Origin: Octopus bimaculoides
Taxonomy: Eukaryota
Reading direction: 5' to 3'
Length of the DNA: 64,000 nt
Assembly (NCBI RefSeq): GCF_001194135.2
Contig: NC_068996.1
Span: forward strand, 37,264,031-37,328,030
Made by a program: the position numbers and the translations under genes. Within the stretch, counting starts at the first letter, position 1. Each line of letters opens with the position of its first letter. The notes beneath the pieces are model-generated. The model worked only from the letters and a program-made list of their open reading frames with translations. It had not been told where the DNA came from and made no database searches. Below are positions 52,846 to 64,000 of the stretch, in pieces.

Positions 52846-52859
52846 TGTAAATCTGTTGG

Positions 52860-53035
52860 TTAAAGAGCCAACAAAAACCTTGTGAGTGGATTTTGTGGAC
52901 AGAAACTTTAAAAGACCAACAGAATAAGTACTAGGCTTACAAAGAATAAGTCCTGGGATTGATTTGTTCAACTAAAGGCAGTGCTCCAGCATGGCTATAG
53001 TCAAATGACTGAAACAAGTAAAAGAATAAAAGAAT
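52860..53035 (+). mobile_element. SINE family A, internally deleted
   Basis: ccttgtgagtggattttg...gcatggctatagtcaaatgactgaaacaagtaaaag. Confidence 0.8.
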
Positions 53036-53112
53036 ATATATATAAATGTACATTTACATGTGTTCATGCATTTTCCTGTTTATAATCTCATTTACATACC
53101 TCTCCCATTCTC

Positions 53113-53159
<47 letters not shown>

Positions 53160-53215
53160 TAAAGAAGTATTATACACACACACACATATATATAAGCTGT
53201 GAGAACAGCTTAGAG

Positions 53216-53510
53216 CAGTGCTACTCAAAGTGGTGAAGTCCACGGACCAGTGCCGGTCCGCGAGCCATCAGCTGCCAGTGCGTGGTGAGTTTCCAGAAAA
53301 GAAAGAAACATTATAATAAAATGCTTATGTAATATTGTATTATTTGTTTACAAAATAAATATAAATTTAAAAAAATTGTCGACTCTTATTATATTCATTA
53401 TATATATTGTTTCCGGTATAAATTGATATTATTAAGAAATATTACTGGTCCCTGGCACATTGGAGAAAAAAACTACTAGTACGCCATATCAGATAGTTTG
53501 AGAAGTACTG
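53216..53510. mobile_element. hAT (Charlie-like) MITE with perfect 8-bp TSD
   Basis: TSD gcttagag at 53208-53215 and 53511-53518. TIRs CAGTGCTACTCAAA / TTTGAGAAGTACTG (12/14). Confidence 0.92.
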
Positions 53511-54418
53511 GCTTAGAGAATCAGATAAATACTCTTCAGAAGATGGAAATTGATCCTTTTCCTGTCTTCTAAAGGGTATTTACCCTATTCTTAAAGCTAT
53601 CCTCACAGTCTTACTACATTCGCGAATTCTTTTATTTTCTGTGTATGTATAGTATAGGCTTGAAACATCAAAGACTTTTCCATTCTTCCTGAGCATCAAA
53701 CTAATACACCTGTTTTTTGTTCCATCACCTGCCTTCATCTTTTATTTTCTGTAAATTTGAACTATATATATATATTTGCAGTTGTACAGGCATTGTCAAT
53801 TCAAAGGAGTGTACAGCACATACATTTGATCACTATAAACATATATCAAAATAAGCAACAAGGATATCCAGAGGTAATGCAGTACGATCGTTTCAAGCGA
53901 CTCCATTTGATTGAACAATGCAACCATTACATCAATTTAAAAACAGAGCAATGCTTAGCCTGCATAAAGACATAGAATTTCATTAAATTAAAACAGATGG
54001 ACACATTAGTATAATTTTACCTAAAAACTCCAAGAAGGTAAGGAGATACACAAAGAACATGTTGTCTTCACTTCAGCTTATTTTGAAATTGTATGGATAA
54101 TACCGCACTAAATTCTGGTGCCTCAACTTAAGTACCATATTCATCTGNNNNNNNNNNNNNNNNNNNNNNNNNNNNNNNNNNNNNNNNNNNNNNNNNNNNN
54201 NNNNNNNNNNNNNNNNNNNNNNNNNNNNNNNNNNNNNNNNNNNNNNNNNNNNNNNNNNNNNNNNNNNNNNNNNNNNNNNNNNNNNNNNNNNNNNNNNNNN
54301 NNNNNNNNNNNNNNNNNNNNNNNNNNNNNNNNNNNNNNNNNNNNNNNNNNNNNNNNNNNNNNNNNNNNNNNNNNNNNNNNNNNNNNNNNNNNNNNNNNNN
54401 NNNNNNNNNNNNNNNNNN

Positions 54419-54940
54419 TGTGACAGTCCCATGAAGGGAATAATACTACTGCTATTTCGCATTAGGAAGCTTCACCGCTTCCTGTTAGCCTTGACACATT
54501 TCCTGTGTCCTTATGTTTACAAAGGGGAGACAAGCACCTCCACCCAGCTAAGCCTGCATCCAGAGACATGTTTCTGAGTCTTTGCTCATCATCATTCTGG
54601 AGTAGCAATGGCCTGCTAGTTGGAGATGCCTGTCAAGCTCTTGTAAACATATAATAATTCTACTGAAACACATTCACTAATTTCAAAAATAGAAATAATA
54701 CATTTCTAAATCTCAGAGAGATTTAAGCAGTAGTTATGCGATAAAGTAGTTGTATGCTGTCAAAGGACACAGGAAATGTGTCAAGGCCAACAGGAAGCGG
54801 TGCAGCTTCCTAGGGCTAAATAACAGTAGTATTATTCCCTTCATGGGACTGTCACATTAAGTTGACAGCATACAACTACTTTATCGCATCACTACTGCTT
54901 AAATGTATCTGAGAGATTTAGAAATGTATTATTTCTATTT
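54419..54940. repeat. Nested inverted repeats A-spacer-B-A'-B'
   Basis: A 54419-54512 vs A' 54763-54856 (6 mismatches in 93 nt); B ~54678-54762 vs B' 54861-54940. Confidence 0.9.
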
Positions 54941-55440
54941 ATATATATATATATATACACACACATAGTGTGTGTGTGTGTGTAAGATAGTACCTCCTTG
55001 TCTTAACATCACATGATAGTTGTAAATAAGAGTCACTATCATACAAGTAGTATCATTCATTTCTGGTATTCAGGGAAAATATGTCTGGCTATAGGAAAAT
55101 ATTACTTTGCTTGGAAATAGGTGAAGGCTGACAACAGGAAGGGCATCTGGTTATAGAAAGTCTATCCCAATAAATTTTGTCCAACTAATGCAAGCATGGA
55201 AAGGTGGACATTAAAACAATAACACTCATCGTCATTATCATTATTTAATATCTGTTCTCCATGCTGGCATGGCTTGGATGGTTTGACAGGAGCCAGCCAA
55301 CTGGAGCGCTGCCCAGGTTTCATTTGTATGTTTTGGCATGGTTTCTATAGTTGAATATCCTTCCCCATGCCTACAACATCACAGAGTGTGCTGGCTGCTT
55401 TTAAGCAGCAAGCTGGCAAAATGTTAGCATCTTAAACAAT

Positions 55441-55473
<33 letters not shown>

Positions 55474-55665
55474 AAAGGAAGGCAGAGTAAAGTGTGACAC
55501 ACAACCAAAATTGGGTTCAATAGAGGGCTCCACAATCCACTACAGTAAGATGCGGGGCATTTTGCTGAAACACATGCATGTTCTATAAAGCTTTGAATAC
55601 CACACCCGTTTTCTGCTTTTATATATATATATATATATATATATAGCAACGTACGTACACTTTGG

Positions 55666-55746
<81 letters not shown>

Positions 55747-55854
55747 AAATTAATAATTACATATATATGTATATATTTATATTAAGGAAGCAGACATATA
55801 CAGAAACACAAGAAGAAATGCAATGTTTTTCCTAGTATGTATCATGTTTTGATA

Positions 55855-57266
55855 TTATCAGGTGTGGAAGCAAGGTCTAGAATTGAAGGGCCTTAGAGTC
55901 AACCTAGCTAAAACCAAAATCCTAATAAGTAGGAAGGTAGATAAAACACAAACCCCTTCAGGTAGATGGCCCTGCTCAGTATGTAGAAAAGGAGTAGGTA
56001 GTAACTCTATAAGATGTACCCGGTGCAAGCTATGGACACATAAGAGGTGCAGCAACATCAAAGGCAGGTTAACTAGCAAGTTAGTTTTTGTTTGTGGCAG
56101 ATGTTCAGGTGCAATAAAGACTGCAAACAAACAGGAAACAACTTCTATCTCATTCCAGGGTGAAAAACTAGAGGTAGTCGATAGCTTCCGCTATCTGGGC
56201 GACCAAGTTAGTAGTGGGGGTGGGTGNNNNNNNNNNNNNNNNNNNNNNNNNNNNNNNNNNNNNNNNNNNNNNNNNNNNNNNNNNNNNNNNNNNNNNNNNN
56301 NNNNNNNNNNNNNNNNNNNNNNNNNNNNNNNNNNNNNNNNNNNNNNNNNNNNNNNNNNNNNNNNNNNNNNNNNNNNNNNNNNNNNNNNNNNNNNNNNNNN
56401 NNNNNNNNNNNNNNNNNNNNNNNNNNNNNNNNNNNNNNNNNNNNNNNNNNNNNNNNNNNNNNNNNNNNNNNNNNNNNNNNNNNNNNNNNNNNNNNNNNNN
56501 NNNNNNNNNNNNNNNNNNNNNNNNNNNNNNNNNNNNNNNNNNNNNNNNNNNNNNNNNNNNNNNNNNNNNNNNNNNNNNNNNNNNNNNNNNNNNNNNNNNN
56601 NNNNNNNNNNNNNNNNNNNNNNNNNNNNNNNNNNNNNNNNNNNNNNNNNNNNNNNNNNNNNNNNNNNNNNNNNNNNNNNNNNNNNNNNNNNNNNNNNNNN
56701 NNNNNNNNNNNNNNNNNNNNNNNNNNNNNNNNNNNNNNNNNNNNNNNNNNNNNNNNNNNNNNNNNNNNNNNNNNNNNNNNNNNNNNNNNNNNNNNNNNNN
56801 NNNNNNNNNNNNNNNNNNNNNNNNNNNNNNNNNNNNNNNNNNNNNNNNNNNNNNNNNNNNNNNNNNNNNNNNNNNNNNNNNNNNNNNNNNNNNNNNNNNN
56901 NNNNNNNNNNNNNNNNNNNNNNNNNNNNNNNNNNNNNNNNNNNNNNNNNNNNNNNNNNNNNNNNNNNNNNNNNNNNNNNNNNNNNNNNNNNNNNNNNNNN
57001 NNNNNNNNNNNNNNNNNNNNNNNNNNNNNNNNNNNNNNNNNNNNNNNNNNNNNNNNNNNNNNNNNNNNNNNNNNNNGACACGTAAAAGCACCCACTACAC
57101 TCTCTGAGTGGTTGGCGTTAGGAAGGGCATCCAGCTGTAGAAACTCTGCCAAATCAGACTGGAGCCTGGTGTTGCCATCCGGTTTCACCAGTCCTCAGTC
57201 AAATCGTCCAACCCATGCTAGCATGGAAAGCGGACGTTAAACGATGATGATGATGATGATGATCAT
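55855..57266 (+). mobile_element. 5'-truncated RTE LINE spanning an 851-N gap, ending in a family B tail
   Basis: 121 uninterrupted codons GLRVNLAKTKIL...[PHD]...EKLEVVDSFRYLGDQVSSGGG; the (gat)n tail follows the gap. Confidence 0.85.
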
Positions 57267-58339
57267 CACCATCATTTAACGTCCACTTTCCATGCTGGCC
57301 AGACTTCTGTGTCTGTTTTAAGTTATATGTATGTATATATACATATATATCTATATAGTATCCATACTTTACATGTTACATTTATTAGAAACTGTAAAGT
57401 GACAAAGCAGCAGAGCTGTTGGAGCATCAAACAGAATGCATTGTGGTAATCATTCTCACCTTCTGTACTCCGAGATCAACTTTACCTTTCATCTTTTTGG
57501 GTAATTCAATAAATAAAACACCAGTCAAAGTGGTGGGTTGGTGGCATTGTTAGGCTACTGGAGAAGATATCTTATACTATTCATTCTGAATCCAAATTCT
57601 CCCTCCTATCACAAACCTATTTATAGAAGGAAATGTGCCCTTCAAGACCCAGAATATGATGACAGATATCCTAGACTGGGACTATATAGTTGAAAGTGCC
57701 CCTCCTATTTCTCGATTTGTACCCTGGGCAGAGATTGTTGGTACTCAAAGGTCAGCACTCAATGAACAGACCAATGATAAACAGTATTCCAGCCATGACA
57801 TTCTCATCTTATTGTATATCAGAAAGATTATTATCAGATATTTCCTTCTTTTCTGTAATGTGGTAAGATGTTTGAGATTGTTTTCACTGCTAATTCTAAC
57901 AGGTCAAGTAACCATTTGTAAGTACCTTTAAACAATAACATTCAATTAATGCTATATTATAGCACTAATATCAATGCTTATTTCTCTAATCATAATTAAT
58001 ATTCTTTATATTCTCAGTATTCAATTTTGAGGTTCTGGTACTCTGTTATATTTTATTCCAAGAGGCCAACAGTAATATATTCTTTCTTTGCAATATTCTT
58101 ATAGCCATCTAAGTAAATACACCCCAAAATATTGCGGTTGTATTGTTGTCATATAACAAATCAGGGTTAATACCACTTATATTTTTTATGGTAGAGGTAT
58201 AGCTGTTGGAAGAAGACGAAGTCTACTTCACAAACCAGGTGGTTCCAGGTTTGGTCCCACTGCACAGCACCTTGGGTTAAAGTGTTCTACCATGGACTCA
58301 GGATGGCTAGTGCCTTGTGATTGAAATTTGATAAATAGT

Positions 58340-58830
58340 AACTATATGGAATCCCACTGAAGATGTGTGTGTGCGCATATGCACAATAACACAAAGGGCC
58401 TCTCCTTCAGAGTGAAAGGTAGACTATATGATGCTTGTGTATGAACAGCAATGTTACAGGATAATGAAATGTGGGCTGTAGATGCAAGCGACATGTGAAG
58501 GCTCAAAAGAAATGAAGCAGGCATACTCTGCTGGATGTGCAATGGCAGTGCGCATGTAAGACAAAGTGTAAATGCATGTGAAAGATTAGGCATAAGAGGC
58601 AGCAGATGTAGTGTGTGAGAGAGAAGACTGCACTGGAATGGTCATGTGAGACATATGGATAAGGACAGGTTCATAAAGACGTTTTATTCCCTTAATGTGG
58701 ACGGAACCTGTGGAAGAAGGAGAACAAGGAGGATGTGGAATAAAGTGGTGAAAAATGACATTCTGATGTTGAGCCTCACAGAGATGACAAAGGACTAACA
58801 TGATTGGCCATCTGTTGTGCTTGAGGAGAC
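58340..58830 (+). mobile_element. Decayed RTE LINE, ORF 3' region
   Basis: RVKGRLYDACV*TAML..E.W / RLKRNEAGIL.WMC / RRLHWNGHVRHM / GTCGRRRTRRMW. Confidence 0.85.
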
Positions 58831-59029
58831 TGATCTAAGTAAAAAAGAGACACTAAAGGCATGTGATTCATGTCTATGCCCCTCTCCCACACAATTCATC
58901 TTTCTAATCACCCCCTCCCTCCAGTGTTCACTCACTACATTCCTCTCCCCACCACCTCCCACTCTCCGTTCACACTATCACAAACTTACCTGCCTGTTCA
59001 CCCTATCCAATTTTTGTCACCAGAAGATT

Positions 59030-59320
59030 GCTTCAAAACCACATGATTCCAGGTTCAGTTCCACTATGTGGCACCTTGAACTTGGGCAGACCAAAGCCTC
59101 ATGAGTGGATTTGGTAGGCAGAAACGGAAAGAAGCCCATCATATATATTATATGGTGTGTTTACATCCCTATAACTTAGCAGTTTGGCAAAAGTGACCAA
59201 TAGAATAAGTATCAGGCTTTAAAAAAATCAGCACTGGGTTGATTCATTCGACTTAAAAATTCTTCAAGGCAGTGCCCCAGCATGGCCACAGTCTAATGAC
59301 TGAAACAAGTAAAAGATAAA
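59030..59320 (+). mobile_element. SINE family A copy
   Basis: ccaggttcagttccac...gactgaaacaagtaaaag on +. Confidence 0.8.
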
Positions 59321-59329
59321 AGGTATACA

Positions 59330-59720
59330 ACACCTGCAATTTGAGGGCGTGTCCAGCCACATCTTCACCATCTTTCTCTCCCCTCTCACCTTTTCCAACT
59401 GGAATAGCCATGTATCTCCTATGCAAGGCACCTGTTGCTATCCATCTATCAAACTCTGATCATCTGGCACAAAGCCCCCTTCCTCAATACTACCCCTCCT
59501 CTCTGTTAAAGGGTCTTGTCTTACAAGTTACTTGGTAACCTCACTAGTGCTGGTACACTATAAAAAGCATCAAATACACTGTAAAGTGGTGGGCATTAGG
59601 AAGGGCATCCAGTAGTAGAAACCAAGCCGAAACAGACAGTAAAGCTTGGTGCAGTTCACTGGCTTGCCTGTCAAACCATGCGATCCATGCCAGCATGGAA
59701 GGCAGACATCAAATAATGAT
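59330..59720 (+). mobile_element. Family B variant with alternative 5' module (shared with 13420-13815)
   Basis: catgtatctcct...cacctg...gtcttgtcttacaagttacttggtaacctcactagtgctgg, then the ggaagggcatcc core. Confidence 0.7.
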
Positions 59721-59920
59721 GGTGGTGGTGGTGGTGGTGTGTGTATCATCATTTAAGGTCTTCCTTCTATGTTGTCATGGGTTGGACTGCTTGATAGGAG
59801 CCGGTCAGGTAGAAGACTACACTAGGCTACTGTGTCTGTTTTAGCAGGGTTTCTACAGCTGGATGCCCTTCCAAATGCCAACCACTTCAGTGTGGACTGG
59901 ATGCTTTTTATGTGGCATGA

Positions 59921-59982
<62 letters not shown>

Positions 59983-62019
59983 GAGACTTACAAACAGATT
60001 ATCTGTGCAATTGAAAGCTCTACATACTGTATACCAGTAGGTTTCAAAGGTCATCAGGAGAGAATGTGTATGGTTTAGGGGTATTCCTCTCAATGGATTT
60101 ATTGCATACCAGACTCCACCTGGCAGTTGTGAGGCCCTGACTAGAATTTAAACTTTTAATCTTAAGTACATCATTTGGATTCATCAGTTTTATTTGTTCT
60201 GGTTCTTTATGTTCAGAGTTCAAATCCCACCAAAATCAACGTTGCTTTTAATCCTTTAGAGGTGGATATTCTAAAGCAATGGTTCTCAAACTTTTTCAGG
60301 CTGCCACCCCCTTGACACTAGATCCATGTTCCTAGCGCCACCCCCTCCACTCAGCACCACAAACATTGACAAATGCAGCAAATTCAAAGCAACAGTATTT
60401 CATGAATAAAACTAAACCTAATCAACCCATTATTTTTTAGGGGGTCGGGGGTTACATCCATTGCCCCCCTTTTGGTCACCCTATTTATTATTGCTCTACT
60501 TTTCATCAACGCCTCTCTTGATCTTTCCACCGTCCACAGGGAAGGGGGTGTAGTACTGCCCAATTTTATAAAGTACTAGTCAAGTATTGTTGTCGATGGT
60601 ACCCCACAAATACCTACCCCTCAAAATTGCTGGCCTTGTGCCTTAGAAACAACCATTATAAAACTGATGTTGTTTAACCCAGACTTATGATGGATGAAAT
60701 ACGTTTCACCCATCTCTTCTTTCATTCAGACAATGTAGCTAAGATTACCTTAGCCAATATATCCTTCCCTCACATTCTTCTTTTTCCCAAAAATTGAAAT
60801 GGTGTGGTTTGTGGGACAGTTGGTTGCTATTTCTAGCATACCAAAAACTCAGACAAGCCTTCCACTAATGAAACTTGTTATAACTCAAATATAAAGTGTA
60901 TTAATACATATTTCTGGCACTAATTCAGTTATTGTTTAATAATTAATCCAACTTTTCTATAATACATTTTCTAATTATCCCCTTCATTTATCTAATGTTG
61001 TATTAAGTTTTCACATATTGCTAATTATTTGTGGGTAAGTTCTTGTTCTGGTTCTTTGATTTCTTCATATAACTTCATATTCAGAAGTTGTGCCAAATTT
61101 TACAATAGACTCGTATGTTTATCTCATCCCTTTTACATCTTTGCTGAACATATAAACTGTTTGTAGCAGATTTACATTTGATTACATCCTATTAATACAG
61201 AGTTTTACATCATGCATATATACTGGAAAATACACACATTATATATATATAAGCACATACACCACAGGACCTCCCATCCACCCAAAATGTACTATATACT
61301 AATATCTAAGCGTTATCTAAGCTCAACAAGATTATCTATAAAGAAATACGACCAATATCAAAGTACGAAACCGAGGCTATCGTAGAAGACACTTGTTTAC
61401 AGTTCCAAGCAGTGGAACTGAACCCAGAACCATGTGGTGGGAAGGAAACTTCTTCCAGTACATACTTATAAACAGACAGATGGATATGAATCTATGTGTT
61501 GTTTCTGTGAACCTCATTGAGCAAAAGCAATGATGTTTACATGAGTTAATAAACAAAAGTCCAAAAGATTCATCAGTTTTTACTTGTGGGGACGAGAGAA
61601 AAGAAAAACATGAGAAACAAATAAAAACTGATGAAAAGAGCTTCTCGGGCTGGAGAAAATCTTTATCATCATGGCTAGGCTATTTCATGCTTGCGTGGGA
61701 AAACGACGTAAAAACGATGGAGATAATTATACACATACGTACATGTATATATCGTTGACTTTCTCTTGCATCATTTAATACCGTCTGAAAGGACAATAAA
61801 CGTTATATTTCCCTCTTTTCTGTTACCAAAACTATATCAACCTTCATGATTATTTAACAATTATTAATTAATTAAAAGAACAGTTGTGTTGGAACAGACA
61901 GAAATATAAACATACAAACACCTTCATAATATCATTTGTGATAAACTACTTTTTGTTATCGTGTCCTTTTTTTTCCCGGCTAATAAATATATATTTTTGT
62001 TTATTTTATTCTTTTAGAT

Positions 62020-62281
62020 CAGTGGTTTTCAACCAGGGTCCATAACCCTTGAGGGAGGGGGAAGGTTCATATAAGATTCTGTGGTTAAAGTTTATGAGCA
62101 ATAAATTGGTTATATTTCCTGCAATACACAAAATATTTCAACATTTTTAAATATAATTCCTAATATTTGATTATAAAAATATAATGGGATTTTATTTAAA
62201 CATTGAATGGGTGTGAGGATCCAGTAGAGAAAAAATAGGAATCCAAAGGATCCATAGATAATAAATGGTTGAGAAACATTG
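62020..62281. mobile_element. hAT (MER5-like) MITE
   Basis: TSD ttttagat/ttttatat (7/8). TIRs CAGTGGTTTTCAACCA / TGGTTGAGAAACATTG. Partial inverted relative at about 50770-50896. Confidence 0.85.
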
Positions 62282-63531
62282 TTTTATATGAAGGTGTGGT
62301 GATAATTGCCTACCTGTGATAATGCATATAAAGTCGCTGGTAGTAACGACTTGTGAGGATAATGATGCTGTTGATGGTGGTTGTAATGATTACGATAAAG
62401 AAAAAAAAAGCTACCTATTGATGAGTTTGCTTGGTTGCTTTTTTTTTGTTTTTGTTTTATTTATTTATAGAAAAGCAAGTGAGGACATTAATCGATAACG
62501 TGAAAATAGTATCAGAAAATACAGTGAAGGGTCCCCGTTAATGTTAAACTAGCAAAAAAACAAACAATTATACTTAATATTCTAGAAACTACAGTTTTAT
62601 ATACATGTGATTAACTGAAGACAAAGGTATGCGGGTATTTATGTGGAGATGTATATGGGAAAAGAGAGCGAGGCAGACAGGCAGAGAGGGATACACACAC
62701 ACACACACACACNNNNNNNNNNNNNNNNNNNNNNNNNNNNNNNNNNNNNNNNNNNNNNNNNNNNNNNNNNNNNNNNNNNNNNNNNNNNNNNNNNNNNNNN
62801 NNNNNNNNNNNNNNNNNNNNNNNNNNNNNNNNNNNNNNNNNNNNNNNNNNNNNNNNNNNNNNNNNNNNNNNNNNNNNNNNNNNNNNNNNNNNNNNNNNNN
62901 NNNNNNNNNNNNNNNNNNNNNNNNNNNNNNNNNNNNNNNNNNNNNNNNNNNNNNNNNNNNNNNNNNNNNNNNNNNNNNNNNNNNNNNNNNNNNNNNNNNN
63001 NNNNNNNNNNNNNNNNNNNNNNNNNNNNNNNNNNNNNNNNNNNNNNNNNNNNNNNNNNNNNNNNNNNNNNNNNNNNNNNNNATATATATATATATATATA
63101 TACTGTTACGTGTGCATGGTGATGAAGTGCACATATGTACAGGCAGGACAGAGAGGATGAAAGAAACATTTTATTCCACAAAACAGAGTCCTGAGCAAAA
63201 TAACAGGTAACTGCCAAGGATTTGCGAAAATGACAGCAAAGAACTAGTTTTCGGCTGCTATACTGTAATGGCAAGAGAAATAACAACAGCAGTAGCAGTA
63301 ATTGTAGTAGTGTTAAAAACATAGGTAGGACACGGAAATTATTGTCGTCGATCGTTTGCACCGTTGAGAAATGGTAATAGCTGACAGAAGGGTACTTTAT
63401 GAAGTGCAGGTTCCTGTATAACTTCTGAACAGGCAAAAACAAACAAAAAAAAAGTTTACAAGCTACACGAAAAAATGAAACTGAACTCATCAATGCCTGT
63501 GTGTAACACACATCAAGTTTCAATTTTTGAT

Positions 63532-63588
63532 GAAAATTTCCTTAGTCGTTTCTCCGTGAAACTCTGAGTAACGACTGGGGAAGTTTCC
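63532..63588 (+). ncRNA. Pre-miRNA-like hairpin (candidate)
   Basis: About 23-bp stem (2 mismatches, 3 G-U pairs) with an 11-nt loop; not part of any repeat family I can see in the window. Confidence 0.35.
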
Positions 63589-63719
63589 AACTGCTAACGT
63601 AATATTTATGTTATTCTGCTTTTAAGTATTGAGTACAAACCTTCTTCCTCCTTGTTCTCATCCCCACCACATACATACATATATGCAAATATTTACAGTG
63701 TTAGGTGTGTGAAGAGGCT

Positions 63720-64000
63720 ATTATCTTCATCTTTTCCTTGTTTCAGTCACTGAATGCGGCCATGCTGGGGTAACGTCCTGAGGGGTTTAGTTGAACAAAT
63801 CGACTCCAGTACTGTTTTTTTTTTTTGTTTATTAAAAGTCTGACGCTTATTTTATAGATCTCTATTTACTGAACCGTTAATGTTACGGGGAAGGAAACAA
63901 ACCAACACCGGTTGACAAGCGGTGGCTGTGAGACAAAGACAGACATATACACAACGGGCTTCTTTCAGTTTCCGTCCCCTGAATCCACTCACAAGGCTTT
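63720..64000 (-). mobile_element. SINE family A, runs off window
   Basis: ccttgtttcagtcactgaatgcggccatgc...atccactcacaaggcttt. Confidence 0.8.

Noticed and set aside
54419-54940. Classifying the inverted block as a DIRS ITR/ICR
   Set aside because: Segment order does not match the DIRS1 ICR layout and no RT or tyrosine recombinase ORF is visible; kept only as an unexplained structure.
56168-57240. Long ORFs made mostly of X (also 54073-54462 and 62589-63210)
   Set aside because: Artefacts of translating assembly gaps.
62639-63523. 294-aa minus ORF with a hydrophobic stretch
   Set aside because: About half is N; the Leu run comes from simple repeats; no recognisable domain.
63526-63568. C/D snoRNA reading (TGATGA...CTGA)
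   Set aside because: The boxes are only about 40 nt apart, there is no terminal stem around them, and the CTGA sits at the loop/arm boundary of the larger hairpin.

Overview
AT-rich, repeat-dense eukaryotic DNA with five N-gaps. The SINE and LINE content resembles Octopus; this is from recall, not a database result. The main feature is one multi-exon gene on the minus strand, which I identify as synergin gamma (SYNRG/AP1GBP1). I assembled 18 GT-AG coding exons by hand, from a probable ATG at 48253 to the left window edge. Splice phases agree at every junction (4077 nt = 1359 codons), there is one optional 36-nt in-frame exon, and the gene continues past position 1. The protein has a Pro/Met/Gln-rich N-terminus, an EH-like domain, several acidic [FWY]xxF adaptor-ear motifs, DKY-type motifs and the conserved C-terminal 'EW..CL / VC.EVI.S.QG / EIYRV' block. 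Introns and the upstream 15 kb hold several tRNA-derived SINE families, RTE LINE fragments and their (GAT)n-tailed 3' ends, two TTAA-flanked piggyBac-type MITE families, hAT MITEs, a decayed mariner, a Penelope-like relic and minisatellites. The main oddities are an intronic minimal hammerhead ribozyme in the gene's sense orientation, an RTE reverse transcriptase with a PHD finger inserted before its thumb, a strong SINE orientation bias inside the gene, a pre-miRNA-like hairpin, an acidic micro-exon and a nested inverted-repeat block.
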